A stretch of DNA of 31,116 nucleotides, from IMG/VR virus record IMGVR_UViG_2690316344_000014; one strand, 5' to 3'. The notes beneath the pieces were generated by a model. That model saw only the letters and a list, made by a program, of their open reading frames with translations. It had not been told where the DNA came from and did no database searches. Within the stretch, counting starts at the first letter, position 1. Each line of letters opens with the position of its first letter. The stretch is from a virus. Its lineage: Duplodnaviria; Heunggongvirae; Uroviricota; Caudoviricetes. Both the position numbers and the translations under genes were made by a program. Positions 1 through 11,032 of the stretch are shown piece by piece.

Positions 1-75
1 CCGTCAGTAGCTGAACAGGAGGGACAGCTGATAGAAACAGAAGCCACAGGAGCACCTCAAAAACACCATCATACA

Positions 76-420
76 CTAAATCAGTAAGTTGGCAGCATCA
101 CCAAACTCCCCTTCCGGCGATAACCAGGTAACATTTTCCGGTAACGGACCGAGTTCAGAAATAAATAACGCGTCCCCTGACGCTACGTCATAAACCATTT
201 TACCCCGATGGTCTTCAACGAGATGCCACGATGCCTCATCACTGTTGAAAACAGCCACGAAGCCTGCCGGAATATCTGGCGGTGCAATATCGGTACTGTT
301 TGCTGGCAGACCTGTATGAGGCGGAATATATGCATCACCTTCACCAATAAATTCATTAGTTCCGGCCAGCAGATTATAAATTTTTATGGTCCGTGATTGT
401 TCACTCATTCTGAATGCCAT
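76..420 (-). CDS. tfa: phage tail fibre assembly protein (Tfa), short 114-aa form
   Basis: N-terminus [39 protein letters not shown] matches the lambdoid Tfa family. Its ATG overlaps the stop of the upstream tail-fibre-type ORF by 1 nt (TAATG), the usual stf-tfa coupling. Shorter than the roughly 190-aa typical Tfa, so possibly truncated. Confidence 0.8.
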   Translation of the reverse strand: MAFRMSEQSRTIKIYNLLAGTNEFIGEGDAYIPPHTGLPANSTDIAPPDIPAGFVAVFNSDEASWHLVEDHRGKMVYDVASGDALFISELGPLPENVTWLSPEGEFGDAANLLI

Positions 421-2483
421 TATGCAAGCCTCACAATATAGTTAAATGCGATGTTTTTGACGGTGTTTTCCGCGTTACCAGCAGCGTTAACGGTGATGGT
501 GTGTCCATGTGAACCAATCGCAACAGAGTGCGTATGAGCACCAATACCGACAGTATGTGTGTGTGCACCTGCGCTTGCAGCAGTACCCGATACAGAGTGC
601 GTATGAGCGCCTGCAGAAGAAGTGTTAACACTGTATTTAGAATAATCAGGTGATCCACTTCCCGGAGCACCACTGGAACCACCTGAAACAAATGTCATCG
701 AATGGGTATGTGCACCGGCTGAAGCAGCCGTACCGCTAACACTATGGGTATGTGCACCAGTGTTATTCGTGGATTTAGTGCCGTAATCAAACGATGATGT
801 GGTTTTCGTCCCCAAATCCGTACTGGATGCGCTGGCGCTGTGGGTGTGCGATTTAATGCCGTCCTGTTCCTGAGACAATACGGCACGACCACTGGCGGGC
901 TTGCCCTTAATCGTCCAGCCACGCATATCCGTACCAATTTCGGTAAGGTAAACCCCGTTTTTGTTTCGCTTACGTGGCATGCTGGCCACAGGCTTTCCGT
1001 AGACGGATGCCCCTTTAATGGGGATCACCCGGAACAGCCCATGCTTTTTCGAGCGTTCATACACAATGGTCGGGTCAATCCCGCCAGTATCCCAGCAGAT
1101 ACGGGATACCGACATTTCTGCACCATTCCGGCGGATATAGGTTTTATTGATGGCCTCATCCACACGCAGCAGCGTCTGTTCATCGTCGTGGCGGCCCATA
1201 ATAATCTGCCGGTCAATCAGCCAGCTTTCCTCACCCGGCCCCCATCCCCATACGCGCATTTCGTAGCGATCCAGCTGGGAGTCGATACCGGCGGTCAGGT
1301 AAGCCACACGGTCAGGAACGGGCGCTGAATAATGCTCTTTCCGCTCTGCCATCACTTCAGCATCCGGACGTTCACCGATTTTCGCTTCCCACGTCTCACC
1401 GAGCGTGGTGTTCACGAAGGTTTTACGTTTTCCCGTATCCCCTTTCGTCTTCATCCAGTCTTTGACAATCTGCACCCAGGTGGTGAACGGACTGTACGCC
1501 GTCCAGATGTGAAAGGTCACGCTGTCCGGCGGCTCAATCTCTTCACCGGATGACGAAAACCAGAGAATGCCATCACGGGTCCAGATCCCGGTCTTTTCGC
1601 AGATATAACGGGCATCAGTGAAGTCCAGCTCCTGCTGGCGGATGACGCAGGCATTATGTTCGCAGAGATAAAACACGCTGGAGGGATCATCCGGCGTCCA
1701 TTTGAGGCCAAACGGCGTCTCTTTATCGCCAAATTTAAGGTACTGCTCCTCCCCGCAGTGCGGGCAGGCAACATGAAAACGCATAAAATGCGGGGATTCA
1801 CTGGCTGCACGCTCAATCTGACAGGTGCCTCTCACTTTGGGCGTGGAGCCACGGATGGACTTTGGCCAGACCGAGCCTTCAATACGCTTGTCACCCAGGA
1901 ACGTCGGAGAGCCTTCCTGTTCAATATCATCATCAAAAGCAGCAAGTTCATCATAACCCGCCACATCCACCGACTTTTCACGGTAGTTTTTTGCCGCTTT
2001 ACCGCCCAGGCACCAGAAGCCACGCCCATTAGTGAAACGCTTCATGGTGAGCGTGTTATCCCGGTGCTTTTTGCCATACCACGGGGCCAGCGCCAGCAGC
2101 GACGGAATATCACGAATAGTCGGCTCAACGTGGGTTTTCATAAAGTTCTCGGCATCACCATCCGTCGGCAACCAGATAAGGGTGTTGCGCTGCTTATGCT
2201 CTATGAAGTAGGCATAAACACCCAACAGCATTTTGGAATAACCGACACGGGCAGACTTCACCACATTCACCTCACGGATGTAGTCGCTGCCCATCGCATT
2301 CATGATGGCCCGCTGAAAGGGCAGTGTTTCCCAGCGCCCTTCCTGGTATGCGGATTCTTTCGGGAGATAGTAATTGGCATCCGCCCATTCAACGGCGGTC
2401 TGTGGCTCCGGCCTGAACAGTGAGCGAAGCCCGGCGCGGACAAAATGCCGCAGCCTGTTAACCTGACTGTTCGATATATTCAC
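420..2483 (-). CDS. chimeric ORF: terminase large subunit (lambda gpA-like) N-terminal ~557 aa fused in frame to a side tail fibre C-terminus (deletion remnant)
   Basis: The first ~557 residues ([43 protein letters not shown] ... VYLTEIGTD) follow lambda gpA as I remember it. From about nt 812 downward the frame continues into Gly/His-rich repeats ([20 protein letters not shown]) and ends ...[28 protein letters not shown], the lambda Stf C-terminus. Confidence 0.85.
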   Translation of the reverse strand: MNISNSQVNRLRHFVRAGLRSLFRPEPQTAVEWADANYYLPKESAYQEGRWETLPFQRAIMNAMGSDYIREVNVVKSARVGYSKMLLGVYAYFIEHKQRNTLIWLPTDGDAENFMKTHVEPTIRDIPSLLALAPWYGKKHRDNTLTMKRFTNGRGFWCLGGKAAKNYREKSVDVAGYDELAAFDDDIEQEGSPTFLGDKRIEGSVWPKSIRGSTPKVRGTCQIERAASESPHFMRFHVACPHCGEEQYLKFGDKETPFGLKWTPDDPSSVFYLCEHNACVIRQQELDFTDARYICEKTGIWTRDGILWFSSSGEEIEPPDSVTFHIWTAYSPFTTWVQIVKDWMKTKGDTGKRKTFVNTTLGETWEAKIGERPDAEVMAERKEHYSAPVPDRVAYLTAGIDSQLDRYEMRVWGWGPGEESWLIDRQIIMGRHDDEQTLLRVDEAINKTYIRRNGAEMSVSRICWDTGGIDPTIVYERSKKHGLFRVIPIKGASVYGKPVASMPRKRNKNGVYLTEIGTDMRGWTIKGKPASGRAVLSQEQDGIKSHTHSASASSTDLGTKTTSSFDYGTKSTNNTGAHTHSVSGTAASAGAHTHSMTFVSGGSSGAPGSGSPDYSKYSVNTSSAGAHTHSVSGTAASAGAHTHTVGIGAHTHSVAIGSHGHTITVNAAGNAENTVKNIAFNYIVRLA

Positions 2484-3003
2484 TCAGCAACCCCGGTATC
2501 AGTTCATCCAGCGCGGCTGCTTTGTTCATGGCTTTGATGATATCCCGTTTCAGGAAATCAACATGTCGGTTTTCCAGTTCCGGAAAACGCCGCTGCACCG
2601 ACAGGGGGATCCCGTCGAGAATACTGGCAATTTCACCTGCGATCCGCGACAGCACGAAAGTACAGAATGCGGTTTCCACCACTTCAGCGGAGTCTCTGGC
2701 ATTTTTCAGCTCCTGTGCGTCGGCCTGCGCACGCGTAAGTCGATGGCGTTCGTACTCAATAGTCCCTGGCTGGAGATCTGCCTCGCTGGCCTGCCGCAGT
2801 TCTTCAACTTCCCGGCGCAGCTTTTCGTTCTCAATTTCAGCATCCCTTTCGGCATACCATCTTATAACGGCGGCAGAGTCATAAAGCACCTCATTACCCT
2901 TGCCACCGCCTCGCAGAACGGGCATTCCCTGTTCCTGCCAGTTCTGAATGGTACGGATACTCGCACCGAAAATGTCAGCCAGCTGCTTTTTGTTGACTTC
3001 CAT
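2458..3003 (-). CDS. nohD: terminase small subunit Nu1
   Basis: 181 aa, [39 protein letters not shown]..., matching lambda Nu1 essentially along its length. Its 3' end overlaps the terminase A start, as in lambda. Confidence 0.9.
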   Translation of the reverse strand: MEVNKKQLADIFGASIRTIQNWQEQGMPVLRGGGKGNEVLYDSAAVIRWYAERDAEIENEKLRREVEELRQASEADLQPGTIEYERHRLTRAQADAQELKNARDSAEVVETAFCTFVLSRIAGEIASILDGIPLSVQRRFPELENRHVDFLKRDIIKAMNKAAALDELIPGLLSEYIEQSG

Positions 3004-3192
3004 TGTTCATTCCACGGACAAAAACAGAGAAAGGAAACGACAGAGGCCAAAAAGCCCGTTTTCAGCACCTGTCGTTTCCTTTCTTTTCAGGGGGTATTTT
3101 AAATAAAAACATTAAGTTACAACGAAGAAGAACGGAAATGCCTTAAACCGGAAAATTTTCATAAATAGCGAAAACCCGAGAGGTCGCCGCCC
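3003..3192. other. cos region: cosN cohesive-end sequence at 3181-3192, cosB between cosN and nu1
   Basis: Reverse complement of 3181-3192 is GGGCGGCGACCT, the lambda 12-nt cohesive end. The flanking sequence resembles the lambda left end upstream of Nu1. Confidence 0.75.
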
Positions 3193-3391
3193 CGTAACCT
3201 GTCGGATCGCCGGAAAGGACCCGCAAAATGATAATAATTATCATCTATATGTCACAACGTGCATCTACGCCATCAAACCACGTCAAATAATCAATTATGA
3301 CGCAGGTATCGTATTAATTGATCTGCATCAACTTAACGTAAAAACAACTTCAGACAATACAAATCAGCGACACTGAATACGGGGCAACCTC

Positions 3392-3586
3392 ATGTCAACG
3401 AAGAACAAAACCCGCAGAACAACAACCCGCAACATCCGCTTTCCTAACCAAATGATTGAACAAATTAACATCGCTCTTGAGCAAAAAGGGTCCGGGAATT
3501 TCTCAGCCTGGGTCATTGAAGCCTGCCGTCGGAGACTAACGTCAGAAAAGAGAGCATATACATCAATCCAGAGTGATGATGGATGA
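3392..3586 (+). CDS. small lambda right-arm protein (orf64-like), probable ribbon-helix-helix DNA binder
   Basis: 64 aa, MSTKNKTRRTTTRNIRFPNQMIEQINIALEQKGSGNFSAWVIEACRRRL. It sits beside cos as the lambda orf-64 homologue does; possibly ylcI of DLP12. Confidence 0.6.
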   Translation: MSTKNKTRRTTTRNIRFPNQMIEQINIALEQKGSGNFSAWVIEACRRRLTSEKRAYTSIQSDDG

Positions 3587-3948
3587 ACATCCCGGTTTCT
3601 TCCACCATCGCACCGGAAAAGCGACTATGAGGGTAACCCTGCGTCTGTCAGCACAGTAAAACCCGGTGTGCATCGTTTTTGATTATTCCCGCACACTCAC
3701 GCAGAAGGAATTCCCCGTCGGGCTACGGTCATGGTTAATGCGGGAATACGGCGACGATACAGCGCAGCTAAAAGGGTAATAGACGGATAGACCGGTTTAT
3801 TTCATTCCACAGGATTCTGAGTGTCCCCAACTTCCTCCAATAGTCTGAGCGTACACCTATATAGTTTTAATTTTCATCAATCCATTTAACTATCGTTTAA
3901 TTGTTGTCACATAGGATTCTGCCGTTTTTAACAATGCAGGATAATAAG

Positions 3949-4242
3949 ATGAAAAAAATGTTGTTTTCTGCCGCTCTGGCAATGCTTATTACAGGATGTG
4001 CTCAACAGACGTTTACTGTTGGAAACAAACCGACAGCAGTAACACCAAAGGAAACCATCACCCATCACTTCTTCGTTTCGGGAATTGGACAGGAGAAAAC
4101 TGTTGATGCAGCCAAAATTTGTGGCGGCGCAGAAAATGTTGTTAAAACAGAAACCCAGCAAACATTCGTAAATGGATTGCTCGGTTTTATTACTTTAGGC
4201 ATTTATACTCCGCTGGAAGCGCGTGTGTATTGCTCACAATAA
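3949..4242 (+). CDS. borD: Bor lipoprotein (serum-resistance moron)
   Basis: Internal start MKKMLFSAALAMLITGCAQQTF gives a 97-aa product with a lipobox (LITGC) that matches lambda Bor. It is oriented opposite to the lysis genes, as in lambda. Confidence 0.9.
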   Translation: MKKMLFSAALAMLITGCAQQTFTVGNKPTAVTPKETITHHFFVSGIGQEKTVDAAKICGGAENVVKTETQQTFVNGLLGFITLGIYTPLEARVYCSQ

Positions 4243-4273
4243 TTGCATGAGTTGCCCATCGATATGGGCAGCT

Positions 4274-4735
4274 CTATCTGCATTGCTCATTAATATACTT
4301 CTGGGTTCCTTCCAGTTGTTTTTGCATAGTGATCAGCCTCTCTCTGAGGGTGAAATAATCCCGTTCAGCGGTGTCTGCCAGTCGGGGGGAGGCTGCATTA
4401 TCCACGCCGGAGGCGGTGGTGGCTTCACGCACTGACTGACAGACTGCTTTGATGTGCAACCGACGACGACCAGCGGCAACATCATCACGCAGAGCATCAT
4501 TTTCAGCTTTCGCATCAGCTAACTCCTTCGTGTATTTTGCATCGAGCGCAGCAACATCACGCTGACGCATCTGCATGTCAGTAATTGCCGCGTTCGCCAG
4601 CTTCAGTTCTCTGGCATTTTTGTCGCGCTGGGCTTTGTAGGTAATGGCGTTATCACGGTAATGATTAACAGCCCATGACAGGCCGACGATGATGCAGATA
4701 ACCAGAGCGGAGATAATCGCGGTTACTCTGTTCAT
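4274..4735 (-). CDS. rzpD: Rz i-spanin
   Basis: From the internal Met, [55 protein letters not shown]..., near-identical to lambda Rz and immediately downstream of the lysozyme gene. Confidence 0.9.
   Translation of the reverse strand: MNRVTAIISALVICIIVGLSWAVNHYRDNAITYKAQRDKNARELKLANAAITDMQMRQRDVAALDAKYTKELADAKAENDALRDDVAAGRRRLHIKAVCQSVREATTASGVDNAASPRLADTAERDYFTLRERLITMQKQLEGTQKYINEQCR
4333..4515 (-). CDS. rzoD: Rz1 o-spanin lipoprotein, embedded in Rz in the +1 frame
   Basis: 60 aa, [24 protein letters not shown] with a lipobox and a proline-rich stretch ([13 protein letters not shown]). Fully nested inside Rz, the lambda Rz/Rz1 architecture. Confidence 0.85.
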   Translation of the reverse strand: MRKLKMMLCVMMLPLVVVGCTSKQSVSQCVKPPPPPAWIMQPPPDWQTPLNGIISPSERG

Positions 4736-5229
4736 TGCTGACCCCACAAACAGATTTCACGCTCAATCTCACGACGAGTCATGAGACCTTTCCATTGCTT
4801 ACCGCCAGCATATGTCCAGCGACGTAGCTGATCACATGCGCCTTTGATATCGCCCTGGTTTATTTTGCGAAGAAGCGTCGATGTTCTGAAATTGCCAGCA
4901 CCCACGTTGTAAACGAATGAGTAAAGAGCGCCGCGCATTGTTTCCGGTATATCGACTTTGATGTACGGGTTAATTTGTCTGGCGACCGTGGCAAGGTCTT
5001 TATTCAGGAGGGCTTTGCATTCTGCTTTGGTATACGTTTTACCGAGCATGATGTCTTTTCCTGTATGCCCGTGACATACAGTCCATACACCAACAATATC
5101 TTTGTATGGTATGTAGCTGACACCTTCCAGACCATCGTTACCACTTGGGCCAGTAATTAACACTGATGCTATAGCAATTGCTCCGCCACCAATAGCAGCA
5201 GCAACGGCTTTTCGTAATGATGGAGGCAT
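4732..5229 (-). CDS. rrrD: phage lysozyme (endolysin) with N-terminal hydrophobic signal-anchor-release-like segment
   Basis: 165 aa with a hydrophobic N-terminus ([20 protein letters not shown]) followed by lysozyme-family sequence ([16 protein letters not shown]). Sits between holin and Rz. Confidence 0.85.
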   Translation of the reverse strand: MPPSLRKAVAAAIGGGAIAIASVLITGPSGNDGLEGVSYIPYKDIVGVWTVCHGHTGKDIMLGKTYTKAECKALLNKDLATVARQINPYIKVDIPETMRGALYSFVYNVGAGNFRTSTLLRKINQGDIKGACDQLRRWTYAGGKQWKGLMTRREIEREICLWGQQ

Positions 5230-5444
5230 TATTCACCTCTCGCAGCCTTGCGCTTATCTTCTTTAATCTTGAAATAAAGGTTTGTCAGGTACGTCAGCAG
5301 GCCAAATACCAGGCTACCCAGCACACCTATTGCTGCCCACTGTGAGGGCGTGACTTTATCGAGCAGCTGTAAAAACCAGTAACCGGCACTACCTGCTGAG
5401 GTGCCATAGGCGACACCCGTTGTTAACTTATCCATGGATTTCAT
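5229..5444 (-). CDS. essD: holin
   Basis: 71 aa from the internal start [33 protein letters not shown]..., with transmembrane segments. Its stop overlaps the lysozyme start. Confidence 0.8.
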
Positions 5445-6032
5445 AACCCCACCTCGCAGACAAAGCGGGTGTAAATTGAGGGAATACAACGTATCGCAAA
5501 AAAGCAGAAACGTAACAGACTCGGAGTCAGTGAATAACTCAGGTATTGAGTTATCAGCTAATATCGAGACTCAAAAAATGGAAAAACCAGCTCGACGGCG
5601 GGTTAAGCTGTGTGACGAAGTAACCACTCTTAACAGCATAACCAATTTTTTACGTACGTAAACCACTGAATGATATTTATGAGAATGCTACCGAGTGTTC
5701 AAAACACCACCACAAATACATAAGAAAACCTCAACAAATAACCAACAAATAATTTCCAGTGTTATTTTTAGCCGATTTAAATTGAACCTTCAAATTATAG
5801 AGCACTTATAAATAACAGCCGTTAATATAAATTGGCTAATAGATTTATTTTTATTCAGCCAAGAGCTATGAATAGGATTCGATAGAAAAAAGTTCAGATA
5901 AAAATAGAGATCTACTTCACAAATCAAACGAGAAACCAAAACTTACATCTTGAAATAATCACATTGATTAGATGAATATTTATCGCGCAGTGACATCATT
6001 TTTTAATAATAGTTCAAAAAAAAGGGCTCACG

Positions 6033-7130
6033 ATGAAAAAATTAACAGTGGCAATTTCTGCTGTAGCTGCATCAGTACTGATGGCGATGTCTGCTCAGGC
6101 AGCTGAAATTTATAATAAAGACAGTAACAAGCTGGATCTGTACGGGAAAGTTAATGCCAAGCACTACTTCTCCTCTAATGATGCAGATGATGGTGATACT
6201 ACTTATGCCCGTCTTGGCTTCAAAGGTGAAACCCAAATCAACGATCAACTGACTGGTTTCGGTCAGTGGGAATATGAATTCAAAGGCAACCGCGCTGAAT
6301 CTCAAGGTTCCTCCAAAGACAAAACCCGTCTTGCATTTGCAGGCCTGAAATTCGGTGACTACGGCTCAATCGATTACGGCCGTAACTACGGTGTAGCATA
6401 CGACATCGGTGCGTGGACTGACGTTCTGCCAGAATTCGGTGGCGATACCTGGACCCAAACAGATGTGTTCATGACTGGTCGCACCACTGGTGTTGCAACC
6501 TATCGTAACAACGACTTCTTTGGTCTGGTTGATGGTCTGAACTTTGCTGCTCAGTACCAAGGCAAAAACGATCGTAGCGATTTCGATAACTACACTGAAG
6601 GTAACGGTGATGGCTTCGGTTTCTCTGCTACCTATGAATACGAAGGATTCGGTATCGGTGCAACTTATGCGAAATCTGATCGTACCGACACTCAAGTTAA
6701 TGCAGGGAAAGTTCTTCCTGAAGTATTTGCTTCCGGTAAAAATGCAGAAGTTTGGGCCGCAGGTCTGAAATATGACGCTAACAACATTTACCTGGCCACT
6801 ACCTATTCTGAAACCCAGAATATGACTGTATTTGCTGATCACTTCGTTGCTAATAAAGCCCAAAACTTCGAAGCTGTTGCACAATATCAGTTCGATTTCG
6901 GTCTGCGTCCGTCCGTTGCTTACCTGCAATCTAAAGGTAAAGATCTTGGAGTATGGGGCGATCAGGACTTAGTCAAATATGTTGATGTAGGTGCAACCTA
7001 TTACTTCAACAAAAATATGTCTACTTTCGTTGATTACAAAATCAACCTGCTTGACAAAAATGACTTCACTAAAGCACTCGGTGTAAGCACTGATGACATC
7101 GTTGCTGTAGGTCTGGTTTACCAGTTCTAA
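6033..7130 (+). CDS. nmpC: outer membrane porin NmpC (OmpC/OmpF family), intact
   Basis: 365 aa, signal peptide [23 protein letters not shown] followed by [16 protein letters not shown] and C-terminal ...VGLVYQF, a classic general-porin signature. AT-rich upstream region; lies between Q and the lysis cassette in the opposite orientation. Confidence 0.9.
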   Translation: MKKLTVAISAVAASVLMAMSAQAAEIYNKDSNKLDLYGKVNAKHYFSSNDADDGDTTYARLGFKGETQINDQLTGFGQWEYEFKGNRAESQGSSKDKTRLAFAGLKFGDYGSIDYGRNYGVAYDIGAWTDVLPEFGGDTWTQTDVFMTGRTTGVATYRNNDFFGLVDGLNFAAQYQGKNDRSDFDNYTEGNGDGFGFSATYEYEGFGIGATYAKSDRTDTQVNAGKVLPEVFASGKNAEVWAAGLKYDANNIYLATTYSETQNMTVFADHFVANKAQNFEAVAQYQFDFGLRPSVAYLQSKGKDLGVWGDQDLVKYVDVGATYYFNKNMSTFVDYKINLLDKNDFTKALGVSTDDIVAVGLVYQF

Positions 7131-7139
7131 TCTGATTAC

Positions 7140-7180
7140 GAAAAAGATATGTTGCGGGAGGCGTTGCCTCCCCAACATAT
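7140..7180 (-). terminator. near-perfect ~15-bp-stem hairpin followed by T-run on the minus strand (candidate tR'-like terminator downstream of Q)
   Basis: ATATGTTGCGGGAGGC-GTT-GCCTCCCCAACATAT at 7147-7180. On the minus strand it is followed by CTTTTTC. Confidence 0.4.
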
Positions 7181-7267
7181 AAGTGGCTCCCTCAAGCCAC
7201 TTCCTTTAGAAGCACAACCTTGCTTCTAACTATATAAACCTTCTGTTATATATTACCCTTTATTTTT

Positions 7268-7300
7268 GGGGGCGTCTCAACGCCCCATTTTTAATAATTT
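7268..7300 (+). terminator. rho-independent terminator (nmpC 3' region)
   Basis: GGGGCG-tctcaa-CGCCCC followed by ATTTTTAATAATTTTT on the plus strand. Confidence 0.5.
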
Positions 7301-7319
7301 TTAGTAAACAATTGGCATA

Positions 7320-7703
7320 TTAATTAGAGTTATTAACAACGATATCCATCTCTAACCGGATATCTAATGCCATTAACATCCCTTCAATTATGCCCTCAGC
7401 CTTCTGTAACCTTTTCCCGATATAACCATCAGAGCAGCAATGCTTACCTGCCAGTGACATGAATGTCATACCGACTACATAATAATCTACTAATAAATCG
7501 TGCAAATCGCTGTTGTTCTTTTTCAGACGGGCCATGCACCCGCAAATGATCATCGCGTCATCGTCACAACATTGCGGGCGAGATTTTACTTTTGAAGGAA
7601 TTAATCCCTTAAAACCGGCGGCAATGGACGACCAGGTCACATCTTCATGATTATTAGCCGCCCACGCTCCCCAACGCTCAAGAACCATCTGAATATCACG
7701 CAT
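7320..7703 (-). CDS. quuD: late-gene antiterminator Q
   Basis: [60 protein letters not shown], cysteine-rich Q family. Sits upstream of the lysis cassette. The ORF can extend to 7718 (MWSKL...). Confidence 0.8.
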   Translation of the reverse strand: MRDIQMVLERWGAWAANNHEDVTWSSIAAGFKGLIPSKVKSRPQCCDDDAMIICGCMARLKKNNSDLHDLLVDYYVVGMTFMSLAGKHCCSDGYIGKRLQKAEGIIEGMLMALDIRLEMDIVVNNSN

Positions 7704-7788
7704 CAACTTACTCCACAAAAATCAGACCAGAACGCCAATCACAAGCAAAAATCAACAAAACAGTATTAGTTGATTGTTATCTCTGACT

Positions 7789-7929
7789 TCATACTCCTGC
7801 TCCTGTCAGGGTTTTGGCGTAATTCTTCAGTATTCGGTAATCGGTCAAAACAGAACCGGGGAAACGATATAAGCGCAGATGCCCCCAGCGGTGGCGAAGA
7901 AGTTCTGCCATATAAAACTCAAACATCAT
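7789..7929 (-). CDS. ylcG: small prophage protein YlcG-like (46 aa)
   Basis: Found by hand below the ORF-track length cut-off: [46 protein letters not shown]. Its start overlaps the rusA stop, between rusA and Q. Confidence 0.55.
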   Translation of the reverse strand: MMFEFYMAELLRHRWGHLRLYRFPGSVLTDYRILKNYAKTLTGAGV

Positions 7930-8288
7930 TCATTCCCCATTTCGGTGATGGTCAGTTCCAGCCTCCCACCTTTGGTAACGGGCATCTTCACAACGCGGTA
8001 ATCAACGACCTGAGCATCATCCAGCCAGAAACCTGCTTTAGTGAGTGCGTCAAAAGCGGCTTTTTGCAGATTATCCAGGTCACGGCGACGGCGATCCGGC
8101 ATGTGGCACTCAATGCGGATTTTCACAGGCATAGCCAGGCCGATATCCAGCATTGCGTTTTTAATGATTCGGGCGACGTTATCGCGGTATGCCTGCCCCT
8201 CTGCGCTGATGTGCGTGCGCCCGCGATTATGGCGGTAATAGCGATTATTGCTCGGAGGCCAGGGTAATGTGATGCTGTAGGTATTCAC
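7926..8288 (-). CDS. rusA: Holliday junction resolvase RusA
   Basis: 120 aa, [26 protein letters not shown] ... [26 protein letters not shown], the RusA family. Confidence 0.9.
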   Translation of the reverse strand: MNTYSITLPWPPSNNRYYRHNRGRTHISAEGQAYRDNVARIIKNAMLDIGLAMPVKIRIECHMPDRRRRDLDNLQKAAFDALTKAGFWLDDAQVVDYRVVKMPVTKGGRLELTITEMGNE

Positions 8289-8575
8289 GCCTTAATAACC
8301 CCCTCTTTCAGCCAGATAACCTGTGTTCTCGCCATACCTTCCAGCGCGCATTCTTTTGCATATGCAGCATCGACAAAATGTGTGCGGCGGTCGATTTCGT
8401 CGTGGCAGGCAGAACATGCAATGGTGGCAATCAGGTCTGGCGGTTTGATACCGGTACCGCACAATCCAGCCAGCCGGATATGTGCCAGTACAGACGTTTC
8501 AGGGTTGCCATTACATACGCCAGGGATTCTTACCTGGCATTCCCGACCACGCGCTGCTTTTCTCAAATCAGCCAT
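8285..8575 (-). CDS. ybcO: YbcO-like prophage protein (putative nuclease, Cys-rich)
   Basis: 96 aa from the internal start [47 protein letters not shown]. Position between ninE and rusA matches DLP12. Confidence 0.75.
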   Translation of the reverse strand: MADLRKAARGRECQVRIPGVCNGNPETSVLAHIRLAGLCGTGIKPPDLIATIACSACHDEIDRRTHFVDAAYAKECALEGMARTQVIWLKEGVIKA

Positions 8576-8738
8576 GACTCCTCCTTGCTGCCAGTCGCAA
8601 CCATTTTTTATCAACCAAGCTGGCGGTATATCCGAGCAGTGTTGGTATTTCGGATGGCTTCAGCTCAGGTTTACGCTTACGACGATTTGGTACTCTGTAG
8701 ATGTGTCCGTTCATGACACGAATAAGCGGTGTAGCCAT
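8568..8738 (-). CDS. ninE: NinE
   Basis: 56 aa from the internal start [53 protein letters not shown]-type overlap with the upstream gene. Confidence 0.75.
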   Translation of the reverse strand: MATPLIRVMNGHIYRVPNRRKRKPELKPSEIPTLLGYTASLVDKKWLRLAARRSHG

Positions 8739-9193
8739 TACGCCTCCTGCTTGTCGCGCAGCAGCTGAAACTCGCAGCTCTGTGGAATAGTCAGGTGGCA
8801 ACCAATATTCATCGCCCAGGCTTCAACCTTACACAGGAAGACATACATCTCTCCGGTATCAAGATCGGAGGTATGGCGTAACGACTGGATAGTGGTGATA
8901 TCACCGGTTACGACATCAACCAGGTCTTTGGTTTCATAACCGAGATATGTGTGTTTGAGAGCATCTTTTACCCAAGCTGGAGTAGCGAACGTTTTACCCT
9001 TGCTGATGAGGTATTCACTGATTTCGCTGTACCACATGTGGCTGAGTGCATTCTGGGAAAGACTGCGTCTCTCGCGCCACGGTTTAAGCACCATGCGAAA
9101 GCATTTGCCTTCCTCCAGATAAGGCTGGATCTGCTGGCCGATAGCGGTGAAGTTGCCGCGATGTAATTTGATGCCGTCTTGTGGGAGGTTCAC
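8738..9193 (-). CDS. ybcN: YbcN-like prophage protein
   Basis: 151 aa, [55 protein letters not shown]. Position matches DLP12 ybcN. Confidence 0.75.
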   Translation of the reverse strand: MNLPQDGIKLHRGNFTAIGQQIQPYLEEGKCFRMVLKPWRERRSLSQNALSHMWYSEISEYLISKGKTFATPAWVKDALKHTYLGYETKDLVDVVTGDITTIQSLRHTSDLDTGEMYVFLCKVEAWAMNIGCHLTIPQSCEFQLLRDKQEA

Positions 9194-9315
9194 GCTTCAC
9201 CTCCGCAGAGGTCAAACGCTAGATGCAAAGAATTGCAGGTGCATTTCTGCATCTGTGAAAGGAGAAGATAGTTTGGATTGTATGTGCGCATAAACGTCCC
9301 CGTTTAGCGCAGAAG

Positions 9316-9344
9316 TCACCGGAGTTGTTCAGGCTCCGGTGACA
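9316..9344. terminator. perfect 10-bp-stem hairpin between ybcM and ybcN
   Basis: GTCACCGGAG-ttgttcagg-CTCCGGTGAC, about 65 nt downstream of the ybcM stop. No strong T-run on either side, so its function is uncertain. Confidence 0.3.
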
Positions 9345-9407
9345 TAATTATGCCGTGTTGATTTCCCAAAATCAAAATCGATAGAATTGCTCCTTCTTAA
9401 AACACTT

Positions 9408-10205
9408 TTACTCTCTGGAAGCTTTTCTTATCTCTCTTGGTGTTATATTAAAACGATTATGAAATCTTTCAGTAAAACGAGAAGGACACTTATAACCATT
9501 TTCTCTGGCAATCTCGCTTATAGGTTTTACCGTCGTTTGTATAGCAGACAACGCATTATTTAACCTCACATCGTCCAGTATACTTTGGAAACTTACCCCC
9601 TCGCTTGCTAGACGGCGATGTAATGTAGAAACAGAAATGTAGAGATATCGAGCAACCTTGTTTGCTGTCCATTTTGTGCCGGGTTCGGATAGCAGCAGGT
9701 TATAACAACGACTTATCAATGATTGTTTACTATATGATAAAAGTAAATGATTAACATGATTCACTCCTAACGAAAGTAGAACGCCCATTGCTAAGTGCTC
9801 CTGAATTTTAGTTGAGAAGCCTCGGGAAACAGATGTTTTTAGTTGCTCCCAACAATATATTAACTCAGGATTCTGAGGTAAAAAGAAACTTGTTTTGTTA
9901 CGTATTTGATCAGTTACCGTATAAAGTTTTTGGAAACTCTCAATTAAATCAATGGGTAAGTAAAGCATTTCTGCAAGATAAAGCCCTGCTTCAGGATAAT
10001 TCTCAATATAAAATTCATAACCACAAGGAAATAATATTATTTGATTATTATCAACAGTTAAAGTATGCGTCTCCCAATTGATAACTTTCTTTCCCTGACG
10101 GATACGACACAAAGCTGGCATAAGAGGCTTAACCCTATGAATCTCATGATGTTTATGCATCCGTATTTCTTCGATCTTTAAGTTAGTCTTACCTCTTGCC
10201 AGCAT
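9408..10205 (-). CDS. ybcM: AraC-family transcriptional regulator
   Basis: 265 aa with a C-terminal AraC-type HTH region ([43 protein letters not shown] ... [28 protein letters not shown]). Confidence 0.85.
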
Positions 10206-10214
10206 ACTCTCACC

Positions 10215-10766
10215 CTACTTTATCTCATAAACTGGTGTTATCTCAGCGGTTGCGATTTTATTAGCATTAAGCATATAACCAACTAACGCTCCGCTGGAGT
10301 TAGAATCTACAGGAATCTTTTCAGTTTTTAGAGCCCATACTTTAAACTGGTAATGATGTGGTTTATCTCCTTTAGGAGGACATGCGCCACCAAACCCAGC
10401 ATAGCCAAAATCATTTCGGCCTTGAACAGCACCAGTCGGCAGTTTTGTTCCATCACGTCTCCCTGCATCAACGGGCAAATATGTTACTGTTGCTGGAATA
10501 TTAACAACAGTCCAATGCCACCAACCACTGCCTGTAGGTGCATCTGGATCATATACAGTTACGGCAAAGCTTTTGGTACCTTCAGGAACACCAGACCAGG
10601 TTAATGAGGGCGATGTATTACCACCTTCACACCCAAATCCAGAAAAGACATGAGACGTTGTAAGTTGCTCTCCTGTTTTTATTTCATTACTAGTGACCTG
10701 AAATGCTGCAGCCTGCGCAGAAAATGTTATGAATGCCAATACAGTTGAAACGATAAGTGTTTTCAT
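10215..10766 (-). CDS. ybcL: periplasmic YbcL-like protein (phosphatidylethanolamine-binding / Raf-kinase-inhibitor-like family)
   Basis: 183 aa with signal peptide MKTLIVSTVLAFITFSAQAAAFQV and a conserved PDAPTGSGWWHWTV motif. Confidence 0.85.
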   Translation of the reverse strand: MKTLIVSTVLAFITFSAQAAAFQVTSNEIKTGEQLTTSHVFSGFGCEGGNTSPSLTWSGVPEGTKSFAVTVYDPDAPTGSGWWHWTVVNIPATVTYLPVDAGRRDGTKLPTGAVQGRNDFGYAGFGGACPPKGDKPHHYQFKVWALKTEKIPVDSNSSGALVGYMLNANKIATAEITPVYEIK

Positions 10767-10982
10767 AAAAACCTCTTTGTTATGACCTATCGTTATTTTA
10801 TTTGATATTCCTTTATCTCATTATGCATAAAGGCGCAATGTTCATGCAAAAGCAATCACAATTGTACCCCCAACCCAATTATTTGCCACAATATACACAA
10901 AGCACATTGATACTATCTAAAAACTCTGCTTTATTATTAGTAATACCTACGAAAGTCGGTGTTATTTTTTAACCTACCATTC

Positions 10983-11032
10983 AAAATACGTGACATACAC
11001 CATTTTGCTCATAATAATTTGTCACGTATTTT
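10983..11032. promoter_or_regulatory. 13-bp perfect inverted repeat with 24-bp spacer in the ybcL upstream region
   Basis: AAAATACGTGACA (10983-10995) and TGTCACGTATTTT (11020-11032). Candidate operator; no U-run, so not an obvious terminator. Confidence 0.3.

Noticed and set aside
208-396. 62-aa plus-strand ORF inside the tfa gene
   Set aside because: Entirely antisense to a well-supported Tfa coding sequence; no start context and no recognisable product.
431-2423. Multiple 60-255-aa ORFs in other frames across the terminase/tail-fibre ORF (e.g. 840-1328, 1656-2423)
   Set aside because: All are nested within or antisense to the 687-aa ORF whose translation matches lambda gpA and Stf; the usual alternative-frame artefacts of a long GC-balanced gene.
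5434-5661. 75-aa plus-strand ORF between holin and nmpC
   Set aside because: Begins antisense within the holin gene and runs through the AT-rich nmpC promoter region; no recognisable product.
6366-6929. 187-aa minus-strand ORF inside nmpC
   Set aside because: Antisense to the intact porin gene, whose signal peptide and C-terminal Phe are clear.
7770-8267. 165-aa plus-strand ORF spanning ylcG and rusA
   Set aside because: Antisense to RusA, which is confidently recognised; no independent support.
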